Below are positions 33,378 through 46,139 of a DNA stretch of 64,000 bases, piece after piece. The stretch comes from Octopus vulgaris. Lineage: Eukaryota. A model generated the notes under the pieces. The model searched no databases, had not been told where the DNA came from, and was given only the letters and a program-made list of their open reading frames with translations. The stretch is from positions 34,286,001 to 34,350,000 of the forward strand of contig OX597838.1 in assembly GCA_951406725.2 (NCBI GenBank), read 5' to 3'. Numbering within the stretch: the stretch's first letter is position 1; each line of letters starts with the position of its first letter. A program made the translations under genes and the position numbers.

Positions 33378-34495
33378 GAAGGCAGCAAGTTGGCAGAATT
33401 GTTAGCATGCCAGGCAAAATACTTAGTAGCATTTCATTTGTCCATACGTTCTGAGTTCAAATTCTACCGAAGTCGACATTGCCTTTCATCCTTTCGGGGT
33501 TGATAAACTAAGTATCAGTCAAGTATTGAAGTCGATGTGATCGACTTTCTCCTCCCCCAAAAATTTCAGGCCTTTTACCTATAGTAGAAAGGATTATTAT
33601 TATTATTACTTACTGTTATTACTGAGAGAGGTAAGCACTAGCATAGCTCGAGTGTGCACCACCTGGGGTGGCCCTTCTATTTGCTGACCCCCAGACCCCA
33701 CAAAAACACATATTGCCTACAGCAGACCCCAAAGTGGTGCCCGAGACAGACTACCCCTAAAGCTACACCAGTGGAGGTGAGCTGGCAGAATCATTAACAT
33801 ACCAGACAAACTACTTAGTGGCATTTCTTTCAGCTTCACGCTCAGAGTTCAAATGCTGCTGAGGTTCACCTGATTATCATCGTTTCAGAGTTGATAAAAT
33901 AAGTAGGAGTCAGTGGTTGATGTAACCGACCTACCTCTCCCCCCATAAAATTGCTGGCCTTGAGCCAAAGTTTGAAATTACCATGATTATTATTATTACT
34001 ATTATCATTACGGTGGTGAGCTGGCAGAATCCTTATCATGCCAGGCCAAATGCTTAGCAGAATTTTGTCCGTCTTTATGTTCTAGTTCAAATCCCGCAGA
34101 AGTCAACTTTGCTTTTCAACCTTTCAGGATCAATAAATTAAGTACCAGTGAAACACTGGGGATCAATGTAATTAACTAGTCCCCTCCCGCAAAATTTCAG
34201 ACTTTGTGCCTCTAGTAGAAAGGATTGTTGTTGTTGTTATTGTTATTATTATTATTAATAATAATAATAATAATAATGTGGTGAGCTAGCAGAATTGTTA
34301 TCATGCCAGGCCAAATGCTCAGCGGAATTTTGTCTGGCTTTACATTCTGAGTTCAAATCCTGCAAAGGTTGACTTTGCTTTTCATTCTTTCAGGGTTGAT
34401 AAATTAAGTACCAGTTGTGTACTAGGGTCGATGTAATCAACTAGTCCCCTTCCCCAAAATTTCAGGCCTTGTGTCTTTAGTAGAAAGGATTATTA
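33378..34495 (+). mobile_element. Head-to-tail cluster of four SINE C copies
   Basis: Copies start at ~33378, ~33774, ~34010 and ~34277, each separated by (ATT)n/(AAT)n tracts; a fifth degraded copy spans ~32990-33360. Confidence 0.82.
33636..33773. mobile_element. Small hAT-like MITE inserted in a SINE C head
   Basis: Imperfect TIR CACTAGCATAGCT / AGCTACACCAGTG; 8-bp TSD GAGGTAAG / GAGGTGAG. Confidence 0.6.
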
Positions 34496-34678
34496 AGTTA
34501 CTGAATGTACCACATAGCATAGCTTGGTCCATCATAGACTCAAATGTTCAATTGCAGTTCAAACTAGAGTTTTAGTGGTGTTAAGCCAAACAGAACACTC
34601 ATAGTACGTATCTATTACTTTAAGTCAGTTGACAAATACTCTTTACATATTCTCTCTCTCTATATATATATATATATA

Positions 34679-35003
34679 TCATCATCATCATCGTTTAACG
34701 TCCGTTCTCCATGCTAGCATGGGTTGGACGGTTCGACCGGGATCTGGGAAGTCAGAAGGCTGCGCCAGGCTCCAGTCTAATCTGGTAGTGTTTCTACAGC
34801 TGGATGCCCTTCCTAACGCCAACCACTCCGAGAGTGTAGTGGGTACTTTTTACGTGCCACCGGCACAGGTGCCAGGCGAGGCTAGCAACGGCCACGATCG
34901 GATTGGTGCATTTTACATGCCACCGGCACGGAAGCCAGTCAAGGCACCGCTGGCATCGACTACATTCCACAACTGCAGTTTCCATTGATCTTTGATGTTG
35001 GTG

Positions 35004-35005
<2 letters not shown>
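34679..35005 (-). mobile_element. Retroposon family B inserted in (TA)n
   Basis: (CAT)n tail, conserved body. Confidence 0.85.
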
Positions 35006-35047
<42 letters not shown>

Positions 35048-35174
35048 ATGCATGCATACAAGGAGAGAGACTACAAAGTTAATTAGCAAGTGATTTAATT
35101 ACTATAACAAGGTTTCGTGGGTGTCTGTTTCATTTCTGACTAGCAGCTCAGTCACTAACTCAGCTTTTATACAA

Positions 35175-36968
35175 TACTAGCAGAGATACTTAGCTTTGCC
35201 CATGTCACATGGAATTGAAGAATTAGACTTTTCTTTCATATTTTCTCTAATGGACTGGAATACCTATGATTCGAATTTCATCAAAATTGCAGATTATGAA
35301 TTTTAATGAGGGTTCTTTCCCTCTTTACACACCCTAACAAAAATTCTAATCATGACATATTTATCCCATAATACTCATCTTTATGCCCAGATTCCAAAAT
35401 CCAAATCTTATGAAACCTAATCAAAGGTTTTTGCGCCTGAAAAATGGAGCTCTAATATGTTGGAGTTAAAGCCCCTATTGTGTGTGTGTTTGTGGGGGTC
35501 TTAAAGTCAACCAGAAAAGTTTAATTGTTGGGAATCTTTTAAACTTAGGTCTTATATCTATTGTTCAAATTTCTTTGAAATCAGAAATATATGTTCACTG
35601 AGTTTCTAAAAGACAGCAAAGCTACAGGAAACCAAAAGACAAATGATCACAATAAGCAGTCAGTTACCCTACCCTAGTTGTTACCACTCCCTAATGTAGG
35701 ATTCCTCACCATATAGGTGACGGGCACAGCTGTAAGATGCATTATGGATCTATAGCAATTGGAAGGGCATGACTCAACTAAAATAAACATTAACAACTGA
35801 GTGACATGAGGGCAAAGGGGAAATGAAAGTGTCACCTCTGGAGTTTGCCAATGATCACTATGCTGATAGGTAACTGGACAGAATAAATTTGCAATCTATA
35901 AATCTCTTTGAATCACCAGTCACTTATCTGGGAAGGCCTTGAAATCAATGCTACCATCTGGGAACTATCTCTGACCCAGTGATAATAAAAAGACTCAAAG
36001 GAGGTCTGCAACCAAATAATTTTACTCAACACTTTGCAACTGAATCAGTAGAGGCAAAGATGCCTCTCCCTTATTTAACAATTTATGCACCACATTGCAG
36101 AAATCAGAATCTAAGTATATCTCAAAGCAAAGTTTTACACTGTTGTACCATTGAATTACAAATAACATTCATCTTGTATGCTCGGGTAACCCTACAGCTT
36201 CTAACTGTATTCATCTTGGCTTAGGAAAAAAATGACTAAATTGTGGGCGTTAAGTCCCCATTAAGGGGTCTTACTAACTCCTAAGAAGTTGAAATTTTAG
36301 AAATATTACTTCATTTGTGTCTAATATCTATGGTTAAAATTTCATCAACAGCAAAAATATATGAATTTTCATGGGGGTTATGGCCTCATTTATGACCCCT
36401 CACTTTCAACAATATACTGCATTACATCTGTCCTTATGCATAGAATATAATTTCCAAATTTCATAAAGGTCCATTCAGTACTTTTGACCTAGTTTTGGAT
36501 CATAAAAAATTACTAAAATTTAGGAGTTAAGGCCCCCATTAGAGGGAGCTTAGAATCCTCATGAGAAGCGGAAACTTTAGGAATACTTCTTGATGTGTGT
36601 CAATTAGATAAGAGATTGCTCTGGATTCGCATTAAGCAAGAAGTTGAAAATTTTTTGGGTCCATGACACTACATGGATGTAAGGCATGTGTAAAATTTGA
36701 ATGAAATCGGTTGTATAGTTCTTGAGTTTTAGGGATTCACATACACACACATTCTCATCTTTATATATATATATATACTAAGCAATAAAGGGGTTTGGCA
36801 ACGAATTGCCTTACCACATACCGAATTTAGAAATAGCAGTCAAAGAGTTATAGCTATTTCTTCTACTAAAAAGGGAGATCTCAGTAAAAACAGCAATTGG
36901 AAGGCAGACACAAACAGGTCTTAATTAATTTTTCCAAATTAATTAATTTCACCCTTCATTATTACGGA

Positions 36969-37008
<40 letters not shown>

Positions 37009-37350
37009 TGTTCAATTTAAGTTACTATAAGTCATTACCTATGGTGGAAATTTCATCAACATCAGAAATTTATGAATTTTTATGGGGTTTCTTCCCCGCT
37101 TTAAGCCACCTCAATTTCAAACCAGACATACAGCATTATACCTGCCCTTATGCATTGAATCTAAGTTCCAAATATCATAAGGATCCATTCAGTAATTTTG
37201 GTCCATGAAATTGTATGAAACACACAGCATTACCCTTCTGCCTAAGCTTGGTTTTGCGTTCCAAATTTCATTAGGATCAGTGCAGAAGTTTTCAAATCTA
37301 TAAGTAACACACGACCACAAATAAAGATATTGACTTTTATATAATAGATA
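35175..37350 (+). mobile_element. Cluster of Helitron/Helentron-like non-autonomous repeats
   Basis: Starts ATACTAGCAG...; repeated internal CAAATTTCAT...ATCC-type units; ends of the form CAC(AC)n...CTTT(T)ATATA..TAGAT at ~36770-37008 and ~37350. Family assignment is inferred from terminal structure. Confidence 0.5.
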
Positions 37351-37547
37351 TAAATATGCACATATATATACATGTATATATGTGCATGTATATACATGTA
37401 TATATGTGCGTGTGTGCATGAGTGTATATTATATATATATGTGTGTGTGTATATTATATATATATATATATATGTGTGTGTATATTATATATATATATAT
37501 ATATATATAATATAAATCAATATTAGCAGTTGGGAAGCAATTGCCAG

Positions 37548-37829
37548 CAACCATGGAGATTGGCGACGTACCGTAAAAGAGGGAATACAAAGGAGTGACA
37601 GAGAGAGAGAGGAGAAATGGAAAGACAAGAAAAAACGTCAACAAGAAACTATGACACTACAACCAGCCAGGAACAGTCTTTGCTACATTTGCGGTACCTG
37701 CCAGAGGGAGTGTTTGTCCAGGATAGGACTACACAGCCACAGCAGGAAATGTATCAGGACATGAAATATAAAAGCCGGACTAGACTACTTCATGCGCAAC
37801 TCCATTGTCTCCCGAGACAGAAAGCATGC

Positions 37830-37832
<3 letters not shown>
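37548..37832 (+). mobile_element. RTE (BovB-like) LINE 3' end
   Basis: Alternative frame reads GDWRRTVKEGIQ...YICGTCQRECLSRIGLHSHSRKC (C-terminal zinc finger of RTE), followed by a 3' UTR hairpin TGTCTCCCGAGACA. Confidence 0.82.
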
Positions 37833-37903
<71 letters not shown>

Positions 37904-38299
37904 TAGATTGATAGATACAATTGAGAGGGCAAACAAACATATGATGAATTTTTTAAAAAATGAATTGACCCCAGTGCTTTTTTTTTTTATTTTGATAAGC
38001 CTGGTACTTATTCTATCAGTCTCTTCTTGTCAAACCAGTAAGTTATGGGGATGTAAATAAATCAACATCAGTTGTCAAGCAGTGATGAGAGAGAAACACA
38101 GACACAAAGACAAACACACATACACTTATATATGATTGATTTCTTTCAGTTTCTATTTACGAAATCCACTCACAAGGCTTTGGATGGTCTGAGGCTATAG
38201 CAGAAGACACATGCCAAGTTACCACACAGTGGGACTGAACCCAGGACCATGTGTTTCCTTACCACATAGCCACACCTGCACTTGTGTGTGTGTATGTAT

Positions 38300-38405
38300 G
38301 TATACCGGAATGGACATGGCCAATCTGAAGGAAGCTGCCCAGGATAGAACTGACTGGAGGACACTGATCCAACGAGTGACCGAGAGTCGACTTCGACTGA
38401 GCAGA
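38300..38405 (+). mobile_element. Short RTE 3' end
   Basis: TGMDMANLKEAAQDRTDWRTLIQRVTESRLRL, a typical BovB-type terminus. Confidence 0.75.
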
Positions 38406-38797
38406 TAGAGAGAGATATATGTATATAAATATATGTGTACATATTACATATACATCTATATACACACACACACATATATATATATAAGTATGTATACACA
38501 TACATATGTAAGATAATAGTTTCACTTTAAAAGTTTCAGTATTAAAAGTAGAACAATTAAAGTGAAAGTATCTGACATTACAATAGAGAGATGTTGTTGT
38601 TTCACTTTTGGCACATAATACTGAAATAGTGGAAGAGATAAGAGATTGCTCTGGGCTCGCATTAGGCAAGAAGTTGAAAACTTTTTTGGCCCACGACACT
38701 ACATGGATCTAAGTAAGGCATGTGTAAAATCTGAATGAAATTGGTTGTGTAGTTCTTGAGTTTTAGGGATTCACACACACACACACATATTCTCATC

Positions 38798-38835
<38 letters not shown>

Positions 38836-39237
38836 CTCTTTTACTCTTTACTCTTTTACTTGTTTCAGTCATTCGACTGCGGCCATGCTGGAGCACCGCC
38901 TTTAGTCAAGCAATTCGACCCCGGGACTTATTCTTTCTAAGCCCAGTACTTATTCTATCAGTCTCTTTTGCCAAACCGCTAAGTGACAGCGACGTAAACA
39001 CACCAGCATCGGTTGTCAAGCAATGCTAGGGGGACAAACACAGACACACAAACACATACACACACACATATATACGACAGGCTTCTTTCAGTTTCCGTCT
39101 ACCAAATCCACTCACAAGGCATTGGTCGGCCCGGGGCTATAGCAGAAGACACTTGCCCAAGATGCCACGCAGTGGGACTGAACTCAGAACCATGTGGTTG
39201 GGTAGCAAGCTACTTACCACACAGCCACTCCTGCGCC
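38836..39237 (-). mobile_element. SINE family A, full length, in (TA)n
   Basis: Complete head and tail. Confidence 0.9.
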
Positions 39238-40148
39238 TATATATATATATATATATATATATTTAGATGTTCAATTTAAGTTACTATAATTCAATTTAAG
39301 TACTTAAGCCTGTCTTTTGCTTTGCTTTGGCAAGCAACAAAGACACCATATCTTATCAAACATTTAACGATATAATTGTACAATGATTTCCAACAAGAGG
39401 GTCTAATAAATCATATTAAGAAACAAAACAAAGCAAAACATAAAACAACAATTAAAAGCACCCTTACCCTCCCACAAAAGTGCTACTTAATTACAAAGGA
39501 CTCCTGCATGTTGAAGGAGTTTTTCTATGTGGTCATGCAACCTGCTAAAAATAGAAACCAAATCTTGCTTATAGCCCTCTATACTGTTTTAAGTATAAAA
39601 GACACACTAGATAATGCAGCTTTACATAATGAAGTCCTTTAAAAAGACATGATGGTCATCAATGGAATACCTTTGGTTATAAGTCTTCTCACTTAAAATT
39701 ACCATGGAATTAACAACAAAATCTACCCATCTTCTCTGCTTTCTCATTCTAAAAGGGTCTTGAGGGTAGAGTTCCCAGATACCTCCTCCATAGAGTCCTA
39801 TTAGACTTTCCAGGTAGATTCCAAAGCATATCCAACTGAGACTATGGTATTTATCCAATGATCTTATTCTTGATCTACCCCTAGGTCTCCTGCAGATTGG
39901 CTTGGTTTGAAGAATTTACTTGGCAATTCTTTCCTTCGACATTCTAATTACATGTCTATAGTACCAGAGCTGTGACCCCTCAGTATGAATTAGCAGCTCG
40001 GCCTGGAGAGACTCCCTGGTCTCAAAGCTATGCACCCTGTCAAGTAATATTAGTCTTAGAGATCCTTCAGAGGAACCCCATTTTGGAAAAAAATAATTGT
40101 CAAAGAGAAGAAATAAGACTACAGACATGTGATTAGAATGTTGCAGGT

Positions 40149-40535
40149 GGTGGAAGCACTCCGTCGGTTATGACGACGAAGGTTCCGGTTGGTCCGAATC
40201 AACGGAACAGCCTGCTTGTGAAATTAACCTGTAAGTGGCTGAGCACTCCACAGAGACGTGTACCCTTAAAGTAGTTCTTGGGGATATTCAGCGTGACACA
40301 GAGAGTAACAAGGCCGGCCCTTTGAAATACAGGTACAACAGAAACAGGAAGTAAGAGTGAGAGAAAGTTGTGGTGAAAGAGTACAGCAGGGATCACCACC
40401 ATCCCCTGCCGGAGCTTCGTGGAGCTTTAGGTGTTTTCGCTCAATAAACACTCACAACGCCCGGTCTGGGAATCGAAACCGTGATCCTATGACCGTGAGT
40501 CCGCTGCCCTAACCACTGGGCCATTGCGCCTCCAC
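40149..40535 (-). mobile_element. SINE family D with TSD
   Basis: 12-bp TSD AATGTTGCAGGT at 40137-40148 and 40536-40547; near-identical to 21201-21585. Confidence 0.92.
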
Positions 40536-40619
40536 AATGTTGCAGGTAAGAATTGCAAGACAGATTCTTCAAGCCAAGCCAATGTGAAGGAGGCCCACGG
40601 GCAGACCAAGAACAAGATG

Positions 40620-41520
40620 GTTGCAAGCTATGGACATACAAGGGGTGTAGTGAAACCACAGGAAGGCTAACAGAGGAAGTAGTATTTGTATGTGAAAGAT
40701 GTGCAGGAGCAATGAACACTAAAGACTTTTCTCAAATACTCTGAACACTTCAAAGAAATAGTAGATAATTTTTGCTACCTAGGTGACATAATTAGCAGTG
40801 GAAGAGGATGTTCTGAAAGTAGAGAAGCTACAAAAAGGATAGAATGGTAAAAGTTCAGAGAGGTATTACTTTTGTTGGTAACAAAAGGTCGCTCTCTCTT
40901 TCAGAGTAAAAGACAGATTGTGTGATGCTTGTCTATGAACAACAATGCTACAAAGTAGTGAGACATGGGCCCTGAATGCAGAGGACATTTAAGGCAGCGA
41001 GCTGGCAGAAACGTTAGCACACCAGGCAAAATGCTTAGCTGTATTTTGTCTGCCGATATGCTCTGAGTTCAAATTCCGCCGAGGTCAACTTTGCCTCTCA
41101 TCCTTTCGGGGTCAATAAATTAAGTACCAGTTGCGCACTGGGGTCGATGTAATTGACTTAATCTTTCTGTCTGTCCTTGTTTGCTCCCTCTATGTTAAGC
41201 CCTCTGTGGGCAGTAACGAAATATGAATGCAGAGGGCACATGAAGACTTGAGAGGAATGAAAGTAGTATTCTTTGGTGGATGTACAAAGTCAATATACAT
41301 GTATAACAAAGTGCTAATGAATCGCAAGAAAAATTACACAAAAGGCGCAGGAGTGGCTGTGTGGTAAGTAGCTTGTTTACCAACCACATGGTTCTGGGTT
41401 CAGTCCCACTGCGTGGCACCTTGGGCAAGTGTCTTCTACTATAGCCTCGGGCCGACCAAAGCCTTGTGAGTGGATTTGGTAGATGGAAACTGAAAGAAGC
41501 CCGTCGTATATATGTATATG

Positions 41521-41570
<50 letters not shown>

Positions 41571-41995
41571 TGTGTCTGTGTTTGTCCGCCTAGCATTGCT
41601 TGACAACCGATGCTGGTGTGCTTATGTCCCCGTAACTTAGCAGTTCGGCAAAAGAGACCGATAGAATAAGTACTGGGCTTACAAAAGAATAAGTCCCGGG
41701 GTCAAGTTGCTCGATTAAAGATGGTGCTCCAGCATGGCCGCAGTCAAATGACTGAAAAGAGTAAGAGTAAAGAGTAAAAGAGGAATCAGATATAGTCTGC
41801 AAGAAAGATGAGGACAACTGTATAAAGAAGTGTTGGTTGCTTAAAGTGGATGGAACTTGTGGAAGAGGAAAAATCAAAGGAAACCATTGAACGAAATAGT
41901 AAAGGCTAATCTTAAGATGCAAAACCCTACAGAGGAGTTGACAAGAGACCAAGACGACTGTCAGACATGTGGGGAACAAGTCTCTTGACCACACA
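40620..41995 (+). mobile_element. Decayed RTE-type LINE C-terminal half, interrupted by SINE C (~40990-41222) and SINE A (41344-41781)
   Basis: Remnants CKLWTYKGCS...FVCERCAG, EIVDNFCYLGDIISSG, MLQSSETWAL, KKCWLLKVDGTCGRGK. Confidence 0.75.
41344..41781 (+). mobile_element. SINE family A, full length
   Basis: Complete head and tail. Confidence 0.9.
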
Positions 41996-42019
41996 ACAAT
42001 GCCTGTACTTATATGATAT

Positions 42020-42790
42020 CTTTGATCATTTTTTATAGGAATGGTAGATGAGGAGTTCAGCTGCTGCGGAAGGGTGTTTGCTAGTTACATCGGGCTGAGA
42101 ATCCACCAAGGGGAGGTGTGCCAGAAGAAAACAATCCAACAACGCGGGTTGATAAACCATAAGACGTGTGGCCAGAACCCCCTGGAAAATAACCATAGCG
42201 AGGTTCATTCCACAAAAAGACTGATAGGCGTGAAGAGGACAAAGGTTAAGTGGCCGAAAGCAAATGATGCGGCGAGTTATAAAAAATTCGATGACGAGGT
42301 AGCAAGAATGACCACCAAATTCAAAGGCGAAATAACATCATTAGGTGAGACAAGCTGACTGAATCAGCTTCGCTGACTGACAGGTGATGGTCATTTAGAA
42401 AAAGCGAGGGGCTAAAACTACGCGCCTTCACTAGTCAGTTAAGGTGAGACAGTGTCACATGACAACTTGCTGGGGCTGCCTGCTGGAGCCTATGCGGCAG
42501 GTATTTAAAGGGAGAAATTTGACAAGACAGTCAGTCACCGGCTGATACTCGCTGACGATACATCGAAGAGGCCAGGGAACAGAAGAAAGAAGACATGCAC
42601 CCAACACCAGAGCTGAAGACACCTCCAAAAGAGGGGGCCCTGCCACGTCAAAACGGTAGAGGAGTAGGGGCCGAAACCGGACGTGGTTCCTCCTGATGAT
42701 GTCTTGAGCTAACTGGATCCTATAAAGGAGCTGTTGTGGTAGCAGACCACGAAACACGGTTGTAATTCCCCCTAGTTGGTGGAGAAAAGA
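42020..42790 (+). mobile_element. RLE-type (R2/Hero-like) non-LTR retrotransposon remnant
   Basis: ORF 42041-42358 has a zinc-finger-like CCGRVFASYIGLRIHQGEVC and KVKWPKANDAASYKKFDDEV, like the N-terminal region of Hero/NeSL-type ORFs; followed by a GC-richer non-coding segment. Clade call is from memory of the family, not a search. Confidence 0.55.
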
Positions 42791-43149
42791 CAGTATTCAT
42801 AACCTCTGCTAGCTCCCATCAAGAATATCTGCAGGAGAACAATATGGATAGAGTGTCTATCAGTTATATAACAGATGGGCTATATACTTATTATTCCAGT
42901 CAAACACCAATTGCTTTTGAGCACTGTACTTACTGAGAAGAACTGGTAGATGGACATAGTGTGAGAGGCTGTCATATATATATGTGTGTGTGTGTGTGCG
43001 CATATGTGCATGCATACAAATGTTTGTGTTCCATATTTTCATATGAAACTGTTTGAACAAAAATGGTGAGACTATGCTGACATTCTTTGCAGCCCTTGCT
43101 AGCATGGAAAAAAATGGACCAGCCTTATAGAAAGAATTCAAATTGACAA

Positions 43150-44218
43150 CAGCATGGTAGATAAGGGAAGGGAAAGCTGCAGATCCAGCAAGGATAACTG
43201 TAGAGATGCTCAAAATATCTGGTGAGGTAGGTTACTGGATTACCACCTAGATAAGTCAAGTTATGCAAGAAGCAATCATACTCAATGACTGGTGTAGCAG
43301 TATCATTTGAACTGCTACAAAGGCAAAGGAAATGCCTCAAAGAGAAGCAGTTACATCATCATCATCGTTTAACGTCCGTTCTCCATGCTAGCATGGGTTG
43401 GACGGTTCGACCAGGGTCTGGAAAGCCAGAAGGCTGCACCAGGCTCCAGTCTGATCTGGCAGTGTTTCTATGGCAGGATGCCCTTCCTAACGCCAACCAC
43501 TCCGTGAGTGTAGTGGGTGCTTTTTACGTGCCAGGCGAGGCTAGCAACAGCCATGATCGGATTGGTGCTTTTTACGTGCCACGGCACGGAGGCCAGTCAA
43601 GGCGGCGCTGGCATCGGCCACGTTCGGACGGTGCTTTTTACGTGCCACCAGCACAGAGCAATAAAATTACTAGATCAGGTTATAACAGTCAGAGAGAGAA
43701 AGAGAGAGAGTTACAGCACGAGTGATTCATGGCAAGGTAGACCTAAATGAGGTGTAGTGTGGTTTTATGTTTGGAAGAGGTACCACAAATGCAAACTTCC
43801 TAGTGAGGTAGGAGAAATATTTAGCCTAGAGCAAACCATTATTCCTGTCCTTCATTGACCTGAAGAAGGTGTCTGACAAGGTACCATACACAGTAATCTG
43901 GTGGTCACTAAGAAAACAAGGTGTTGATGAATGGCTTGTGAGAGCTGTACAAGCCATGTACAAAGATGCAGTAAGTAATGTGAGAGTCAACAACAACTAG
44001 TGAAGAATTTAGCCTGAGGGTTAGAGTTCATTAAGGCTCAGTCTTCAATCCCCTCCTATTCATTACAGTCCTTCTGGCCATCACAGAAGGTTAAGACTGG
44101 TTATCCATGGAAACTTCTATACGCTGGTGATCTAGTACTTAGAGCTGATTCTACAGGAGAATTAGAGAAGAAATTCAAGGCATGGAAGCTAAACCTCGAA
44201 TCGAGAGGTCTTAAGGTC
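43150..44218 (+). mobile_element. Decayed RTE-type reverse transcriptase region, interrupted by family B retroposon (43354-43653)
   Basis: CYKGKG, RAIKLL, FIDLKKVSDKVP...IWWSLRKQGVDEWLVRAVQAMY, GSVFNPLLF, LLYAGDLVL (decayed YADD), LESRGLKV. Confidence 0.82.
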
Positions 44219-44502
44219 GATGTAATCGACTTAATCCCTTCGTCTATCCTTGTTTGTCCCCTCTATGTTTAGCACCCCTGTGGGTAATAAAAATAAAAAA
44301 ATAGTTACAGACATTTTAGTAAGCCCTTCTGAAATCCTGATTATATTGAAAATTAATCAAATCATGAAGGAGCCATCTACTTGTTAGAAATAATTAACAT
44401 GAAAGAACTAATTACTAAATAATAAGCAAAATAGAATACATTACTGCATTAATTTAACAATTGGGCAAAAAAACAAATAAAGAAAATATAAATTATACAA
44501 AC

Positions 44503-44780
44503 CATTCCATCTAGGGTCTTCAGTTAAAGCCCTTTCTTTTTCTAAACTGCTCGATGTTACTGTTTGTAAAGTTTTCTCAGTAGTGTCCATCATTTGGAGT
44601 TCCCTAATGTCATATACTGGTGGCCTCAGGTCATGAGCTCCATGAGCAAATGCACAATGTGGGCCATTCTTGACACAATGGCCTTTGGAATCTGTTTCAT
44701 ATATACAGGTCCCTGTTTTGTAATACCTTAAATGATACCTTCTCTCTGTATCTCCTGCAGTCCGATGTAAAAAGGGACAC
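44503..44780 (-). CDS. unk: Unkempt-family CCCH zinc-finger protein, internal exon (end of ZnF2, ZnF3, linker)
   Basis: Hand translation: (E)CPFLHRTAGDTERRYHLRYYKTGTCIYETDSKGHCVKNGPHCAFAHGAHDLRPPVYDIRELQMMDTTEKTLQTVTSSSLEKERALTEDPRWN(D), matching Unkempt. Acceptor tttgtttctag, donor gtttgt; 278 nt, phase 2 to 1. Confidence 0.97.
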
Positions 44781-46139
44781 CTAGAAACAAAAAGAAAGAA
44801 GCAAAAATTACATTATCTTGAAAAATTGTATTTCAAAAGTAGACGCACAAAAGCATATATACACACATATATACACCTGCACAGATGCACACAAACAAGC
44901 ACACACAATATACAAATACAAACGTGCCACCCCTCTATATCTACCTATCTATCTGGATACACATACATGTATATGTTAGAAACTGATAATTTACTCCATG
45001 ACAACAAACACTGCTACACGTTATTCTTTTATTTGTTTCAGTCATTTGACTGCAGCCATGCTGGAGCACCACCTAAAAGGGTTTTAATTGAAGAAATTGA
45101 CCCCAAGACTTATTCTTTGTAAGCCTAGTACTTATTCTATTGGTCTTTTATCGAACTGCTAAGTTATGGGGATGTAAATACACCAACATCGGTTGTCAGG
45201 TGATGGTAGGGGCACAAACACAGATACACACACATATATATATATACGACAGGCTTCTTTCAGTTTCCGGAGCCATATAGTTGGGAAGCAAGCTTCTTAC
45301 CACACAGCCATGCCTCTGTTAGTGGAACATCACTGAGGCAAGTGATGAAGTTTAGATATTTTCAAGCTCTATATTCATGAGGGATAGAAAGCAGGCAGAA
45401 GCCTGAATTAGATGACAGAATTACAAGTGCAGGTACAGAAACACACCAGCTCCAGTAATATTTGAAAGATTCATATCATGTGTTGAAAACTAATCTTTTA
45501 TAATAGTACAAATATCTTTTAAGGATTTGTCAGTGGTACGTTAATCAGATTGAATTGTTATGTAGTTATTTAGATAATTAAATACTAGCCAGAAGAGGAA
45601 AGACTGATAAAAAAGCCAAACTTCCTATCTTCAATTTGGTTTTTGTGCCTATCCTCACCTATGGTCATGAATGCTGGATAATGACCAAAAGAATATGATT
45701 GTGAATATAAGCAGCCAAAATAGGCTTCCTCTGAAGGGTCTCTAGAGTAATGTTGCTCAACAAGGTACATAGCTTAGAGATCAAGGAGTCTCTCCAGGTT
45801 GAGTTACTATTTCTCTATATTGGGAAGTCACAGGTCTGGTTCTATGGACATGAGATTAGAATGTCATAGGAAAGAATGCCAGGAGACCTAGGAGTAGACC
45901 AAGAATGAGATGGTTGGATAACATCCTTAGTCTCAGTTGGTCATACTTGCGAATCCAGCTGTAAAGTGTAATGATGGAGACAGGATCTGATAGCGATTGG
46001 ATCTGAGGACTCTACAGTTACAATACTCCCAGGAATAAGGCGCTGACAAAAGAAGATGGATGGATGGCTATACAGTCTTTCTTACCATATGCCCTCCATC
46101 AAGAGATCTTTCAACAACAACCACAGTTAATAATTATTT

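Noticed and set aside
35800-36200. Possible decayed Helitron Rep coding remnant
   Set aside because: Only faint resemblance with no intact motif; not supportable without a profile search.
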